64,000 nucleotides of DNA from an uncultured Anaerolineales bacterium (lineage in GTDB: Bacteria; Chloroflexota; Anaerolineae; B4-G1): NCBI GenBank assembly GCA_964450435.1, contig CAYVCX010000007.1, forward strand, positions 13,216 to 77,215, written 5' to 3'. Numbering within the stretch: position 1 is the stretch's first letter; every line of letters starts with the position of its first letter. Below, one piece after another: positions 39,550 to 48,821 of this stretch. The notes beneath the pieces were generated by a model. It was not told where the DNA came from and did no database searches. It saw only the letters and a list, made by a program, of their open reading frames with translations. The translations under genes and the position numbers were made by a program.

Positions 39550-40259
39550 AGCACGGTCAATCCGTCGCGCCAGCCGATCTTCTTCCCTTCGTCAAACTCG
39601 CGCCCGGTGTAGGTGATGGGAACCTCGTAGATGCGGTAGCCGAGCTTGAGAATCTGAGCGGTAATCTCGGGATCGAAGCCCCAGCCGGATGCTCGTAGAT
39701 CGAGCTGGTTGGCCACCTCGCGGGAGAACACCTTGTAGCAGGTCTCCATGTCGCTGAGGATCGAGTCGTACAGCACGTTGGTCAACAGGGTCAAGAAGCG
39801 ATTGCCGATCATGTGCCAAAAGAACATCGCACGAGTCGGCCCGCCACGGAAGCGAGATCCGTAGACAACCTCGGACCGGTTCTCAAGGATAGGCTGCAGC
39901 AGGGAGGGGTAGTCCCGGGGATCATACTCCAGATCAGCGTCCTGAATGAGAACAATGTCTCCGGCGGCGTGCTCCAGGCCTGTGCGGACCGCGGCTCCCT
40001 TGCCCCGATTTCGCTCGTGGCAGACGATCGTCGTGTCAGGATGTTCGTCGAACTGGCGCAGAACCTGCCGCGTGCCGTCGGTCGATCCGTCGTCCACAAC
40101 CACGATCTCACGCTCCAACTCTACCACAGAGCCCAGCTCGGATCCGAAGCCGATGGACACGGTGAGGTCCACCGCGCGCACGCGGCGGAGAATCTCGCCA
40201 ACTGTGTCCAGCTCGTTGTAGACCGGCACGATGACGGAGAGCTTCATATCGCCTCCCAA
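39516..40259 (-). CDS. GT2 polyprenol-phosphate glycosyltransferase (ArnC/GtrB/DPM1-like)
   Basis: MKLSVIVPVYNELDTV...VVVDDGSTDGT...IQDADLEYDP. Confidence 0.9.
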   Translation of the reverse strand: MGGDMKLSVIVPVYNELDTVGEILRRVRAVDLTVSIGFGSELGSVVELEREIVVVDDGSTDGTRQVLRQFDEHPDTTIVCHERNRGKGAAVRTGLEHAAGDIVLIQDADLEYDPRDYPSLLQPILENRSEVVYGSRFRGGPTRAMFFWHMIGNRFLTLLTNVLYDSILSDMETCYKVFSREVANQLDLRASGWGFDPEITAQILKLGYRIYEVPITYTGREFDEGKKIGWRDGLTVLWTLLKYRFTP

Positions 40260-40273
40260 GGACTATGGGCGGC

Positions 40274-40302
40274 ATTATAGTTTACGCCAGCGGTGCTGAC
40301 AA
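40274..40302 (-). promoter_or_regulatory. Glycosylation operon promoter TTGTCA-17-TATAAT
   Basis: Minus strand reads TTGTCA gcaccgctggcgtaaac TATAAT. Confidence 0.7.
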
Positions 40303-40306
40303 GCCG

Positions 40307-40335
40307 TTGCACGCGAAAGTGACTTGAGTTAGAAT
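40307..40335 (+). promoter_or_regulatory. Divergent promoter TTGCAC-17-TAGAAT for the MobA-like/HAD-rlmN unit
   Basis: TTGCAC gcgaaagtgacttgagt TAGAAT. Confidence 0.55.
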
Positions 40336-40391
40336 AGGCGGCAGGATCGATATCGAGCTCTGATTGCTGAGTGCGAAGGAGACTTAATCTG

Positions 40392-41810
40392 TTGACAAAG
40401 GTCGCTGCCGTTGTGCTCGCTGCAGGCGGGTCGACTCGTTTTGGTCAAAGCAAGCAACTTATCGACTGGAGGGGTAAGCCACTGCTGGCGCACGTGGCCG
40501 ACGTGGCCCTGCACGCGGGGCTCGAGCCCGTGGTCGCCGTGGTCGGCTGTCAGGCCCGGGAGATGCTGGCTGCCCTAGGCGATAGACCCTTACGGACACT
40601 GATGAACTGGCGCTGGGAGGAGGGAATGGCAACGTCGGTACAAGCCGGTCTGGCCGGCGTACCACCGGACGCCAAGGCCGCGATGTTCATCCAGTGTGAC
40701 CAGCCGCTCATCACCCCCGATCTTCTGCAAGCCCTTGTCGACCGATACGAGCAGACGGAGGCCTCGATCATCCACCCGACGCACGGCGGCAGACGCGGGA
40801 CGCCGGTGCTGTTCGCCCAGCGGTTCTTCCCCGAGCTGTCGGCCATCACAGGGGATGAGGGGGGGCGGAGCCTGATCGATCACCACCCCGAACAGGTTGA
40901 GACGGTTAGAGTCCGTAACCCAGACATGCTGGTGGATGTGGACACACCGGATGCCTACGAGCGGCTCAGGGCAGCCTACGACGTTGGATGTGGCGCAACG
41001 AGGGAGCGGCAGTGTGAGGTTCTGGAGCCAATCCGCCACCTGATCATCGACATGGACGGGGTACTCTGGCGCGGCGACGAGGCGATGTCCGGCTTGAGGG
41101 CCTTCTTCGCCTTTCTGGAGGAGCGAGGAGTCTCCTTCATACTCGCCACAAACAACTCCACCCGCACACCGGAGCAGTACGTCGACAAGCTGGCCAGCTT
41201 CGGTGTGGATGTCCCGACGGAGAGGATCCTGACCTCGGCCCTGGTCTCCGCATCCTACCTGGCAGGCGTCGCTCCGGCCGGGTCCAGGGTCTACGCCATC
41301 GGCGAGGAGGGCATTCAACAGGCACTGATGGAGCGGGGGTTCATCCTGGACGATGAGAGAGCCGCCTACGTGGTCGTGGGTTGGGATCGCGACGTGAGCT
41401 GGAAGAAGCTGGCCACGGCCTCGCTGCTGATCCACGAGGGGGCTGGCTTCCTCGGAACGAACCCTGACGTCACCTTTCCCACGGAGCAAGGACCGCTGCC
41501 AGGGAACGGCGCGGTACTGGCCGCGCTTGAGGCCTCGACCGGGGTCCCACCCACAGTCACGGGCAAGCCCCAGCCCCAGATGTACGAAGAGGGACTGCGT
41601 CGCATGGGCGCCACGGCGGAGACCACGGCGATGATCGGCGATCGACTCGATACGGATATCGCCGGGGCAGCCCGCGCAGGCCTGACCACGGTGCTCGTAC
41701 TCACAGGGATCGCCGGCGCGGATGACCTAGCGGCATCGCCCCTCAGGCCCGATCTGGTATGCGCAGACCTGGAAGAGCTGCTCGGATGCTGGAGCGGACT
41801 CGACGGGTGA
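40392..41810 (+). CDS. Fusion protein: MobA/MocA-like nucleotidyltransferase (N) + HAD-IIA NagD-like phosphatase (C)
   Basis: KVAAVVLAAGGSTRFGQSKQL..W.GKPLL (NTP_transf_3), then IIDMDGVLWRG...ATNNSTRT...GDRLDTDI (HAD motifs I-IV). TTG start at 40392 lies 10 nt after AAGGAG; the track ORF starts at 40371. Confidence 0.85.
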   Translation: MTKVAAVVLAAGGSTRFGQSKQLIDWRGKPLLAHVADVALHAGLEPVVAVVGCQAREMLAALGDRPLRTLMNWRWEEGMATSVQAGLAGVPPDAKAAMFIQCDQPLITPDLLQALVDRYEQTEASIIHPTHGGRRGTPVLFAQRFFPELSAITGDEGGRSLIDHHPEQVETVRVRNPDMLVDVDTPDAYERLRAAYDVGCGATRERQCEVLEPIRHLIIDMDGVLWRGDEAMSGLRAFFAFLEERGVSFILATNNSTRTPEQYVDKLASFGVDVPTERILTSALVSASYLAGVAPAGSRVYAIGEEGIQQALMERGFILDDERAAYVVVGWDRDVSWKKLATASLLIHEGAGFLGTNPDVTFPTEQGPLPGNGAVLAALEASTGVPPTVTGKPQPQMYEEGLRRMGATAETTAMIGDRLDTDIAGAARAGLTTVLVLTGIAGADDLAASPLRPDLVCADLEELLGCWSGLDG

Positions 41811-42865
41811 CTGAGAGTCGGATCCGGCTATACGACCTGAGCGCCGACGATCTGGAATCGCTCCTGCAGAGCCTGGGCGAGCCCTCCTACCGAGCCGACC
41901 AGGTGTGGGAGTGGCTGTACGTTCATCTAGCCGACTCCTTCCACGAGATGACCAGCCTGCCGAAGTCGCTGCGCGAGAGGCTGGCCGAGAGAACAATCAT
42001 CCGGCTCCTGGAGGTAGTGGACACAGCACGCTCAGCCGACGGGAAGACACGCAAGGATCTGCTGCGTCTGTCCGATGGCGAGACCATCGAGGCGGTGCTG
42101 ATGCTCTACGAGCGACGCCGCACCGCGTGCCTGTCCACCCAGGTGGGTTGCGCCATCGGCTGCCCCTTCTGCGCCACGGGTCAGATGGGCTTCTCCCGTG
42201 ACTTGACCAGCGGCGAGATTGTGGCTCAGGCCCTCCACTTCGCACGCCATCTACAGGCTGAAGGTGACGAGGACGAGCAGCTGACCAACGTAGTGCTGAT
42301 GGGCATGGGCGAACCCCTGGCCAACTACGAGGCCTCGCTGGAGGCCATTCATCGCTTGAACCACCCAGCCGGGTTCCGGCTGGGCCAGCGACACATCACG
42401 CTCTCCACGGTGGGACTCGTACCAGAGATCCACCGCCTGGCGCGCGAGAAGCTGCAGATCACGCTTGCGGTGTCTTTGCACGCGGCAACCGACACCCTGC
42501 GTGACCGCCTGGTTCCTGTCAATCGACGCTATCCCCTGGACGTGCTCTTCGAAGCGTGCAGGTCCTACACCGAGATCACTGGCCGACGGGTGAGCTTTGA
42601 GTGGGCGTTGGTCGATGGGGTCAACGACACGCCCGAACAAGCCCACGCTCTGGCGGATCGGCTCGAGGGACTGCTGGCACACGTCAACCTCATTCCGCTC
42701 AATCCATCACGTGAGTATCGAGGCAGCGGCTCGCCCAGGTCCGACGTGGCAGCCTTCGCCGCCATCCTCGCGCAGCGCCGCGTGCGCCACACCATCCGCG
42801 TGCGGCGCGGCACGGCGATCCAGGCAGGCTGCGGGCAACTGCGGCAGCGCAACCGACTTCGATGA
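41807..42865 (+). CDS. rlmN: 23S rRNA/tRNA (adenine-C2)-methyltransferase, radical SAM
   Basis: YRADQVWEWLY, CLSTQVGCAIGCPFCATGQ (CxxxCxxC), GMGEPL. GTG start forms a GTGA overlap with the upstream stop. Confidence 0.93.
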   Translation: MTESRIRLYDLSADDLESLLQSLGEPSYRADQVWEWLYVHLADSFHEMTSLPKSLRERLAERTIIRLLEVVDTARSADGKTRKDLLRLSDGETIEAVLMLYERRRTACLSTQVGCAIGCPFCATGQMGFSRDLTSGEIVAQALHFARHLQAEGDEDEQLTNVVLMGMGEPLANYEASLEAIHRLNHPAGFRLGQRHITLSTVGLVPEIHRLAREKLQITLAVSLHAATDTLRDRLVPVNRRYPLDVLFEACRSYTEITGRRVSFEWALVDGVNDTPEQAHALADRLEGLLAHVNLIPLNPSREYRGSGSPRSDVAAFAAILAQRRVRHTIRVRRGTAIQAGCGQLRQRNRLR

Positions 42866-42970
42866 ACGAACAGGCCGAAGGTCGACGCGGTAGTATCTCC
42901 GCGGGAACGCCGACGAGGACGATTCTTAGCGACGGGCCATTGCCTCGCACTGCTGATGGGGGGGAGCCGT

Positions 42971-42999
42971 TTGCGGCGCCGGATGAGCGAACCTATACT
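42971..42999 (+). promoter_or_regulatory. Possible promoter TTGCGG-17-TATACT
   Basis: Spacing counted by hand. It lies 220 nt upstream of the next ATG. The -35 is weak. Confidence 0.3.
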
Positions 43000-43220
43000 A
43001 CAGAGTACTCGAGGTTCAGCGGACCCCGCGTCACCCGGGACGGGTTGCTGGATCCAGGCAAAGCGTGGGATCGGGCAGGCCCCTGAGAGCCTAATCGCAT
43101 CTGCTGCAGCCGGCTCTCCGCCGGGAGACATCGCCGACGGACGCAGTGGGAAGCTATGGGCCAAGAAGGAAACGCCGTAAGTAGTCGATGTTCGGTTTGA
43201 GAGCAAGAAGAGGAGGACGG

Positions 43221-43487
43221 ATGCCCGTTTACGAGTACGAATGCGAGAGGTGCGGAGAGCGTTTCGAGCGCCTGTTCATGTCTCCTGACGATCGCCCGCC
43301 CGAGATTGCCTGCCCCAAGTGTCAGCGGACGGAGGTACACCGTGTCTTCTCGCCACCTACCGTTCACAGCGGCCAGGCGAGAGACGTGGTGGAAGAAGCG
43401 GCAGAGCAGGCGGCCGACGAGAAAGCCGGGCGACCTCAGCCTTTCGACCAGCAGGACCTGGACGACGCTCTGAAGCAGGGGCACTGA
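43221..43487 (+). CDS. FmdB-family zinc-ribbon protein
   Basis: MPVYEYECERCGERFE...IACPKCQ. RBS GAGGAGGA. Confidence 0.85.
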   Translation: MPVYEYECERCGERFERLFMSPDDRPPEIACPKCQRTEVHRVFSPPTVHSGQARDVVEEAAEQAADEKAGRPQPFDQQDLDDALKQGH

Positions 43488-44072
43488 CCCATCAGACCCG
43501 GGCCGGGGGCTCGTGCCATTGGTGGGAGAGCTGCCGGGCTAGCAACCGGACCGTCGCCTTGGCCCTCGCTGAGCCTCCAGGCTGACCGGATCGAGACCAG
43601 TTCAGGGAACAGAGCGGCGAGGGGCAGCGGCGCGGGGCTCAAGGGGAACCGCACGCGGATGTACCCTCGTAGACCTGGGGTGGTGCCCCCACCCGGCTCA
43701 AGGGGTCTGCTACCCGGGCCTGGAGAGCCACCCCGGCTGCGAGATCGCCAGGCGGCAGATCCCGGGTTTGGGGGTACTTCGCTTTGCCATCGACGGAGAT
43801 CTGGAGGAAATTGGATGCTGCCTGACGCGTCTGCGTGACTTACGTGTGGCAGCCAACCTGGGACAGGTCGAGACATTCGTCGGCCCCTCGGCCGCCACAA
43901 GCCACGGGGAGGGCCCCAGGGCGGAGACAGCTGAAGCAGGGATTCGCTCGGGTTCGGGCCCTAGCCCACGGGGATCGCGGACTTCGAGGATCTGAAAGCC
44001 GGTCTGGAACATGCGTTAGCAGTGTTGCAGCAGCAGCCGCAGGCTGTCCGTGGCAGCGGGAGTGATCGAGAC

Positions 44073-44564
44073 ATGAGAGACGACAGGTCCTTTCGAACGC
44101 CTGGCGAGAAGCGCTTCTACCGCCGGCTTCGGGAGAAGGTGAAACGCTGGGCGGAAGGACGCAATATCTCGGCACGGCGGCTTGAGTACCTGTTGGCCGC
44201 GCCGGACCTCTTCGTCCTGCTGTCGCGGTTGTCTCTCGATGAGCGGGTGCCCCTGCGAACCAAAGCGAAGGTCGCTGCCGGGGTGGCGTACTTCGTCACT
44301 CCTCTCGATGTGATACCGGACTTCCTGGGGCCGCCAGGCTTCGTAGACGATGTCATCGTGGCAGCGTGGATCCTGAACGCTGTAGCAAAGCAGCTCAACC
44401 GGCTGGATCCCTCGATTCTCGAGGAACACTGGGAGGGAGAGCAGGATGTGCTGGAGCAAGTGACCCGGATTCTGAGCGGCGCAGAGTGGGTTCTGGGGAG
44501 AGGCCTGCACTTCGTAGCCCGGCATCTTGGCTCCCGCAAGGACGTCAGGAGGCAGGAATCTTGA
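44073..44564 (+). CDS. DUF1232 (YkvA-like) membrane protein
   Basis: VAYFVTPLDVIPDFLGPPGFVDDVIVAAWIL. Confidence 0.8.
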   Translation: MRDDRSFRTPGEKRFYRRLREKVKRWAEGRNISARRLEYLLAAPDLFVLLSRLSLDERVPLRTKAKVAAGVAYFVTPLDVIPDFLGPPGFVDDVIVAAWILNAVAKQLNRLDPSILEEHWEGEQDVLEQVTRILSGAEWVLGRGLHFVARHLGSRKDVRRQES

Positions 44565-44669
44565 CCGCCTGGTGCAGCGGCGCCGTACGCCGCCTGTGCT
44601 GCTCGACCACGTAGGCCGGCCTGGCTACTGGACCAGCCACTGTGAAACCATCCTCAAGGAGCCCGGCTG

Positions 44670-45785
44670 ATGGCATCACCCACGAAAAGACTGGCCCTCA
44701 TCGTCAATCCCGTCGCCGGCATGGGCGGCAGCGTCGGGCTGAAGGGAACGGACGGGGAGCTGTACCAGAAAGCCCTGGAGCTAGGTGCTGAACCGGTGTC
44801 GCCAGACAGGGCAAGGGAGTTTCTGTCCCACATACAACACAAGGATGAGATCCAGCTATTCGTGGCGCCCGGCGAGATGGGGGCGGAGCACGTTGCGGAT
44901 GTCGGCATCCCTTTTACCGTGGTGGGGCAGATCGGCGACAGTACCGGGGCAGAGGACACCAGGCGTATCGCCACCAGGATGGTCGAACGCAGCGCTGAGC
45001 TTCTGATCTTCGTCGGCGGAGACGGCACCGCCCGGGACGTATACGACGCCATCGACTCGGAGATCCCGGTGGTGGCTGTGCCAGCCGGCGTTAAGGTCTA
45101 CAGCTCGGTGTTTGCCGTGAATCCCAGAGCGGCGGCGGCTCTGGTCGATGCCTTTGTGGAGGACGGCAGCGTGACAGAGCAGGAAGTGCTGGACATCGAC
45201 GAGCAGGCGTTTCGAGAGGATCGACTCGCCTCCAAGCACTACGGCACCCTTCTGGTGCCGGAAGAGCAGCGGTTCCTGCAGCACGGCAAGATCGCCTCGA
45301 GCGGCAGCCCATCGGTGGAGCAGAGCAAGCGAGAGATCGCCGCCTTTGTGGTCGAGGAGATGAACCCGGAGACATTGTACCTGCTGGGGCCCGGGACCAC
45401 GGTGAGAGCGATCGCCGAGGAGATGGGTCTTCCGAAGACTTTGCTGGGGGTGGATGCCGTTCGCAATCAGAGGTTGGTCGCCGAGGACCTCAACGAGCAG
45501 AGGATCCTAACCCTATTCGAGCAGTATCCCCGGCGAGCCATCATCGTCACCCCCCTGGGAGGCAACGGTTTCATCTTCGGCCGGGGGAACAAGCAGTTCA
45601 CCCCCAACGTGATCAGGCAGGCGGGGCCGGATGACGTCCGAGTAGTCAGCACCCGGCAGAAGCTACAGTCGCTCGACTGCCTGCGCGTGGACACTGGTGA
45701 CGTGGAGGTCGACGAGATGCTCGCCGGCTGGCGTACGGTCACCGTCGGCTACCGCGAGAGCCGCATGATGCGTGTCGAGATGTAG
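44670..45785 (+). CDS. ATP-NAD kinase-family protein (long archaeal/Chloroflexi-type)
   Basis: LALIVNPVAGMGG...LLIFVGGDGTARDV...VAVPAGVKVYS. Confidence 0.85.
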   Translation: MASPTKRLALIVNPVAGMGGSVGLKGTDGELYQKALELGAEPVSPDRAREFLSHIQHKDEIQLFVAPGEMGAEHVADVGIPFTVVGQIGDSTGAEDTRRIATRMVERSAELLIFVGGDGTARDVYDAIDSEIPVVAVPAGVKVYSSVFAVNPRAAAALVDAFVEDGSVTEQEVLDIDEQAFREDRLASKHYGTLLVPEEQRFLQHGKIASSGSPSVEQSKREIAAFVVEEMNPETLYLLGPGTTVRAIAEEMGLPKTLLGVDAVRNQRLVAEDLNEQRILTLFEQYPRRAIIVTPLGGNGFIFGRGNKQFTPNVIRQAGPDDVRVVSTRQKLQSLDCLRVDTGDVEVDEMLAGWRTVTVGYRESRMMRVEM

Positions 45786-45795
45786 GCCGACCTGG

Positions 45796-46260
45796 CTACG
45801 CGACGCGCCTTCCGCCGGACAACTCGTCCTGCAAATCATCCAGCGCGTCCCAGGCGCCCGCGGCGGCCAATGCGGCCTGCTCGGGCCACGTGCCGGGGTC
45901 CGCAAACTGGAGCCCCTCCTCCCGCAGCAACTGGTTCAGATCACCGACGTCACTAGCCGCCAGCTGCTCGAAAGTCACCATGCCAGCCTCCTGCAGCAGG
46001 CTCGACATCTTGGGGCCGATCCCCGCGATGCGCGTCAGATCGTCCGGCTCGGGCCGGGCCGTAGGTGTCGGGGCAGGCAAATCCAACCTGGGCTCCAGCG
46101 TAAGCCGTCCGAATCGGGCCGTCGCCAGCTCGGTCGCCCGTGCGCCTTTCTCTCGCAGCGCCCGGCAGATCCAGACTGCGACCAACCCGAGAAAGAAACC
46201 GGCGATGAAGAGAAACAGGCTGCTCAATGTGTTGGGGATACAGCTGCGGTCGTTTTCCAC
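45796..46260 (-). CDS. Membrane-anchored helix-hairpin-helix protein
   Basis: N-terminal TM (LFLFIAGFFLGLVAVWI), LTRIAGIGPKMSSLLQEAGMVTFEQLA (HhH). GTG start at 46260 lies 5 nt after GGGAGG; the track ORF starts at 46341. Confidence 0.7.
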   Translation of the reverse strand: MENDRSCIPNTLSSLFLFIAGFFLGLVAVWICRALREKGARATELATARFGRLTLEPRLDLPAPTPTARPEPDDLTRIAGIGPKMSSLLQEAGMVTFEQLAASDVGDLNQLLREEGLQFADPGTWPEQAALAAAGAWDALDDLQDELSGGRRVA

Positions 46261-46378
46261 GTCGCCCTCCCATAGAACTCCGCACGAGGCAGCGCCCTCG
46301 CCGCCGAGCCCCCCGGAGGCCACACTGTGCCGTGGTTCCAAGGCTCAGGGGCGCACGGCCCTGAAAGTGTACCCTGTC

Positions 46379-46407
46379 AGTTTACAGTGGCCTTTGCAGC
46401 GTGTCAA
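46379..46407 (-). promoter_or_regulatory. Promoter TTGACA-17-TAAACT for the HhH gene
   Basis: Minus strand reads TTGACA cgctgcaaaggccactg TAAACT. Confidence 0.55.
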
Positions 46408-46771
46408 ATGCGAGTCAGGCTCCCGCGAGAAAGATCGCGCGCAGCACGACCTCCGGGGCCTGACGGGGGCGTACTCAAGATCACGTTTGGCAACACGCTT
46501 CACAGCGTGTCTCGCAACCTGCCTCCCGGCGCGTCTTACAGCACCGAAAAAACCGAGGGAGGCACGTCGCCTTCTGGACATCAGGAGTCCCAACAGTTGT
46601 CCAATCGCTCCGGGATATCGCCCGTTGCGGGCCGGCAAAGGAGACCGACGATCAACCGGGGCACCGTGCGGGACATCTCCGTCGCGTTGAGCGCGGGGCG
46701 AGTCGGGACACAGCCTTGCCGAGCTGGCGTGCTGAATTCGACAACGGCTGGCAATAGCGGCCGTCACCAGC

Positions 46772-48106
46772 CTACGGCTGCGCGATCCGTCGATAGAACA
46801 GAGGCAGCGGCTGCACCGGCTCGTCACTGAATGAATGCGCCTCCAGGACGCGCTGGCGGGCTATCTCCAGCTTCTCTTCTTCGTTGGCGTGAACGGTGAA
46901 TAAGGGCGTGCCTTTCTGGACCAGGTCACCCACCTTGTGGTGCACAAGCACGCCGACACTGTGGTCGATGGCCTGTCCTTTCTCCTCGCGGCCGCCGCCC
47001 AGCCGGACGACAGCGAGCCCGACCTCGGCGGCGTGTACCCCGGCCAGATAGCCGCTGCGGGGGGCCGGCACCGGTTCGACGATGGAAGCCCGCGGCAGTT
47101 CTTCCGGATCGTCGACGCAGGCCACGTCACCTCCCTGCGCGTCGACAAGATCCCTGAACTTCTGCCACGCCGCTCCCGACGAGAGCGTCTCCAGGGCAAG
47201 AGTGAAAGCGGCGTCAGGGGTCTTCACCTTCCCACTCAGGCGGAGCATCTCGGCAGCGACAGTGAGGCAGTGCTCGCGGAACCCGGCAGGGCCGGCCTCG
47301 TGAAGCGTGTTGATCGCCTCGCGGACCTCGAGGGCGTTTCCCACCGCCCATCCCAGAGGCTGGTTCATATCGGAGACGAGCGCGACGACCTGACGGCCGG
47401 CCTTTGCACCCAGACGGACGAGGCCGCGCGCCAGGGCCTCTGCCTCGTCCGCCGTCTCCACGAAGGCACCGGCACCTACCTTGACATCCAGCACGATGGC
47501 CTCGGCCCCGGCAGCCAGTTTCTTGCTCATAATCGAGCTGACGATGAGCGGAATCGACTCCACGGTGGCCGTTGCGTCGCGCAGGGCATACAGCTTCCGA
47601 TCGGCCGGAGCCAGGTCGGCGGTCTGGCCGGTCAAAACGACACCGATTTCCTGGACCTGGTTCTTGAATGCCTCCACGCTCAAGTCAGTGCGGTAGCCGG
47701 GAATGGACTCGAGCTTATCGACGGTGCCGCCAGTGAAACCGAGGCCGCGACCGGTCATCTTGGCCACGGGCACCCCGCAAGCGGCAACCAGGGGTGCCAG
47801 TACCAGGCTGACCTTGTCACCGACACCCCCGGTGGAGTGCTTGTCCACGACCAAAGGGGCTTCTTCTCCATCGGTTGCTGGCAGCAGGCTGCGCACGTCC
47901 AGCGTGTCACCGGAATGGGCCATCGCCAGGGTCAAATCGTACGTCTCGCGGTCGTTCAACCCCTGAAGGAAGAGGGCCATCAACCAGGCAGCTGCCTGGT
48001 AGTCCGGGATTTCGCCCCCGGTGTAGCGTTGGATGAAGAACTCGATCTCCTCTTCGGAAAGCTCACCCCCGTCACGCTTCTTGGCGATCACATCCAGTGC
48101 ACGCAT
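46772..48106 (-). CDS. Pyrimidine-nucleoside (thymidine) phosphorylase
   Basis: MRALDVIAKKRDGGELSEEEI...HSTGGVGDK...SIMSKK. Confidence 0.95.
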   Translation of the reverse strand: MRALDVIAKKRDGGELSEEEIEFFIQRYTGGEIPDYQAAAWLMALFLQGLNDRETYDLTLAMAHSGDTLDVRSLLPATDGEEAPLVVDKHSTGGVGDKVSLVLAPLVAACGVPVAKMTGRGLGFTGGTVDKLESIPGYRTDLSVEAFKNQVQEIGVVLTGQTADLAPADRKLYALRDATATVESIPLIVSSIMSKKLAAGAEAIVLDVKVGAGAFVETADEAEALARGLVRLGAKAGRQVVALVSDMNQPLGWAVGNALEVREAINTLHEAGPAGFREHCLTVAAEMLRLSGKVKTPDAAFTLALETLSSGAAWQKFRDLVDAQGGDVACVDDPEELPRASIVEPVPAPRSGYLAGVHAAEVGLAVVRLGGGREEKGQAIDHSVGVLVHHKVGDLVQKGTPLFTVHANEEEKLEIARQRVLEAHSFSDEPVQPLPLFYRRIAQP

Positions 48107-48177
48107 GGTCCACCTCCAGCCTAGTCAATACGAGACGCGTATGGAACCGAGTCAGGCGGGCCCGCCGCCGCCAGCGT

Positions 48178-48186
48178 ATTATATCA
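48178..48186 (-). promoter_or_regulatory. Extended -10 TGaTATAAT upstream of the phosphorylase gene
   Basis: Minus strand reads gtgTGaTATAATacg, about 70 nt upstream of the ATG at 48106. Confidence 0.45.
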
Positions 48187-48261
48187 CACCGCTCGGACCA
48201 ACAAACAGAAATCGAGCTCCGCGCGGGCTCGAGAACATGGTGCTACCGACCAGCTTCGTGT

Positions 48262-48720
48262 CTAGAGTTGAATTAGTTGGACCGCCAGGTCGGCGGTCGT
48301 CGTCGGCCTCACGTTGACCTTGAAGTCAGAGAGGTTGCCTTGTTCGTCGATGGCGAAGTGGCTGCGGATGACACCTTGATATGTCTTGCCGAAGGACTTC
48401 TTCTCGCCCCAGGCGCCGTACGCCTCCGCAACCTCGTGCACTGGATCTGAGAGCAGGATGAAGGGCAAATCGTGCTTCTCCCGGAACTTGGCCAACCTGG
48501 CCAGGGGATCGGGGCTGACGCCGATCACCACGGCATTCTCCGCCTCGATCTGGGTATACACATCGCGCAGCGCGCAGGCCTGCTTCGTGCAGCCCGGCGT
48601 ACTGGCCTTGGGGTAGAAGTAGAGCACCACCCGCTGGCCACGGAAGTCCGACAGACTAACCTCACGGCCATCATCAGCCATCAGGGTGAAACCAGGTGCC
48701 TTATCGCCCATCTCCAGCAT
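48262..48720 (-). CDS. bcp: Thiol peroxidase Bcp (peroxiredoxin Q type)
   Basis: VVLYFYPKASTPGCTKQAC. Confidence 0.95.
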   Translation of the reverse strand: MLEMGDKAPGFTLMADDGREVSLSDFRGQRVVLYFYPKASTPGCTKQACALRDVYTQIEAENAVVIGVSPDPLARLAKFREKHDLPFILLSDPVHEVAEAYGAWGEKKSFGKTYQGVIRSHFAIDEQGNLSDFKVNVRPTTTADLAVQLIQL

Positions 48721-48821
48721 AACGCCCTCCTCGGAAAAACCTCCAAACCCGATGCCCCAAACCTCTCATCATGACAGATCCGCTGCGAAGACAATGCGGT
48801 CGCCCGGTGAACACCGGACAC

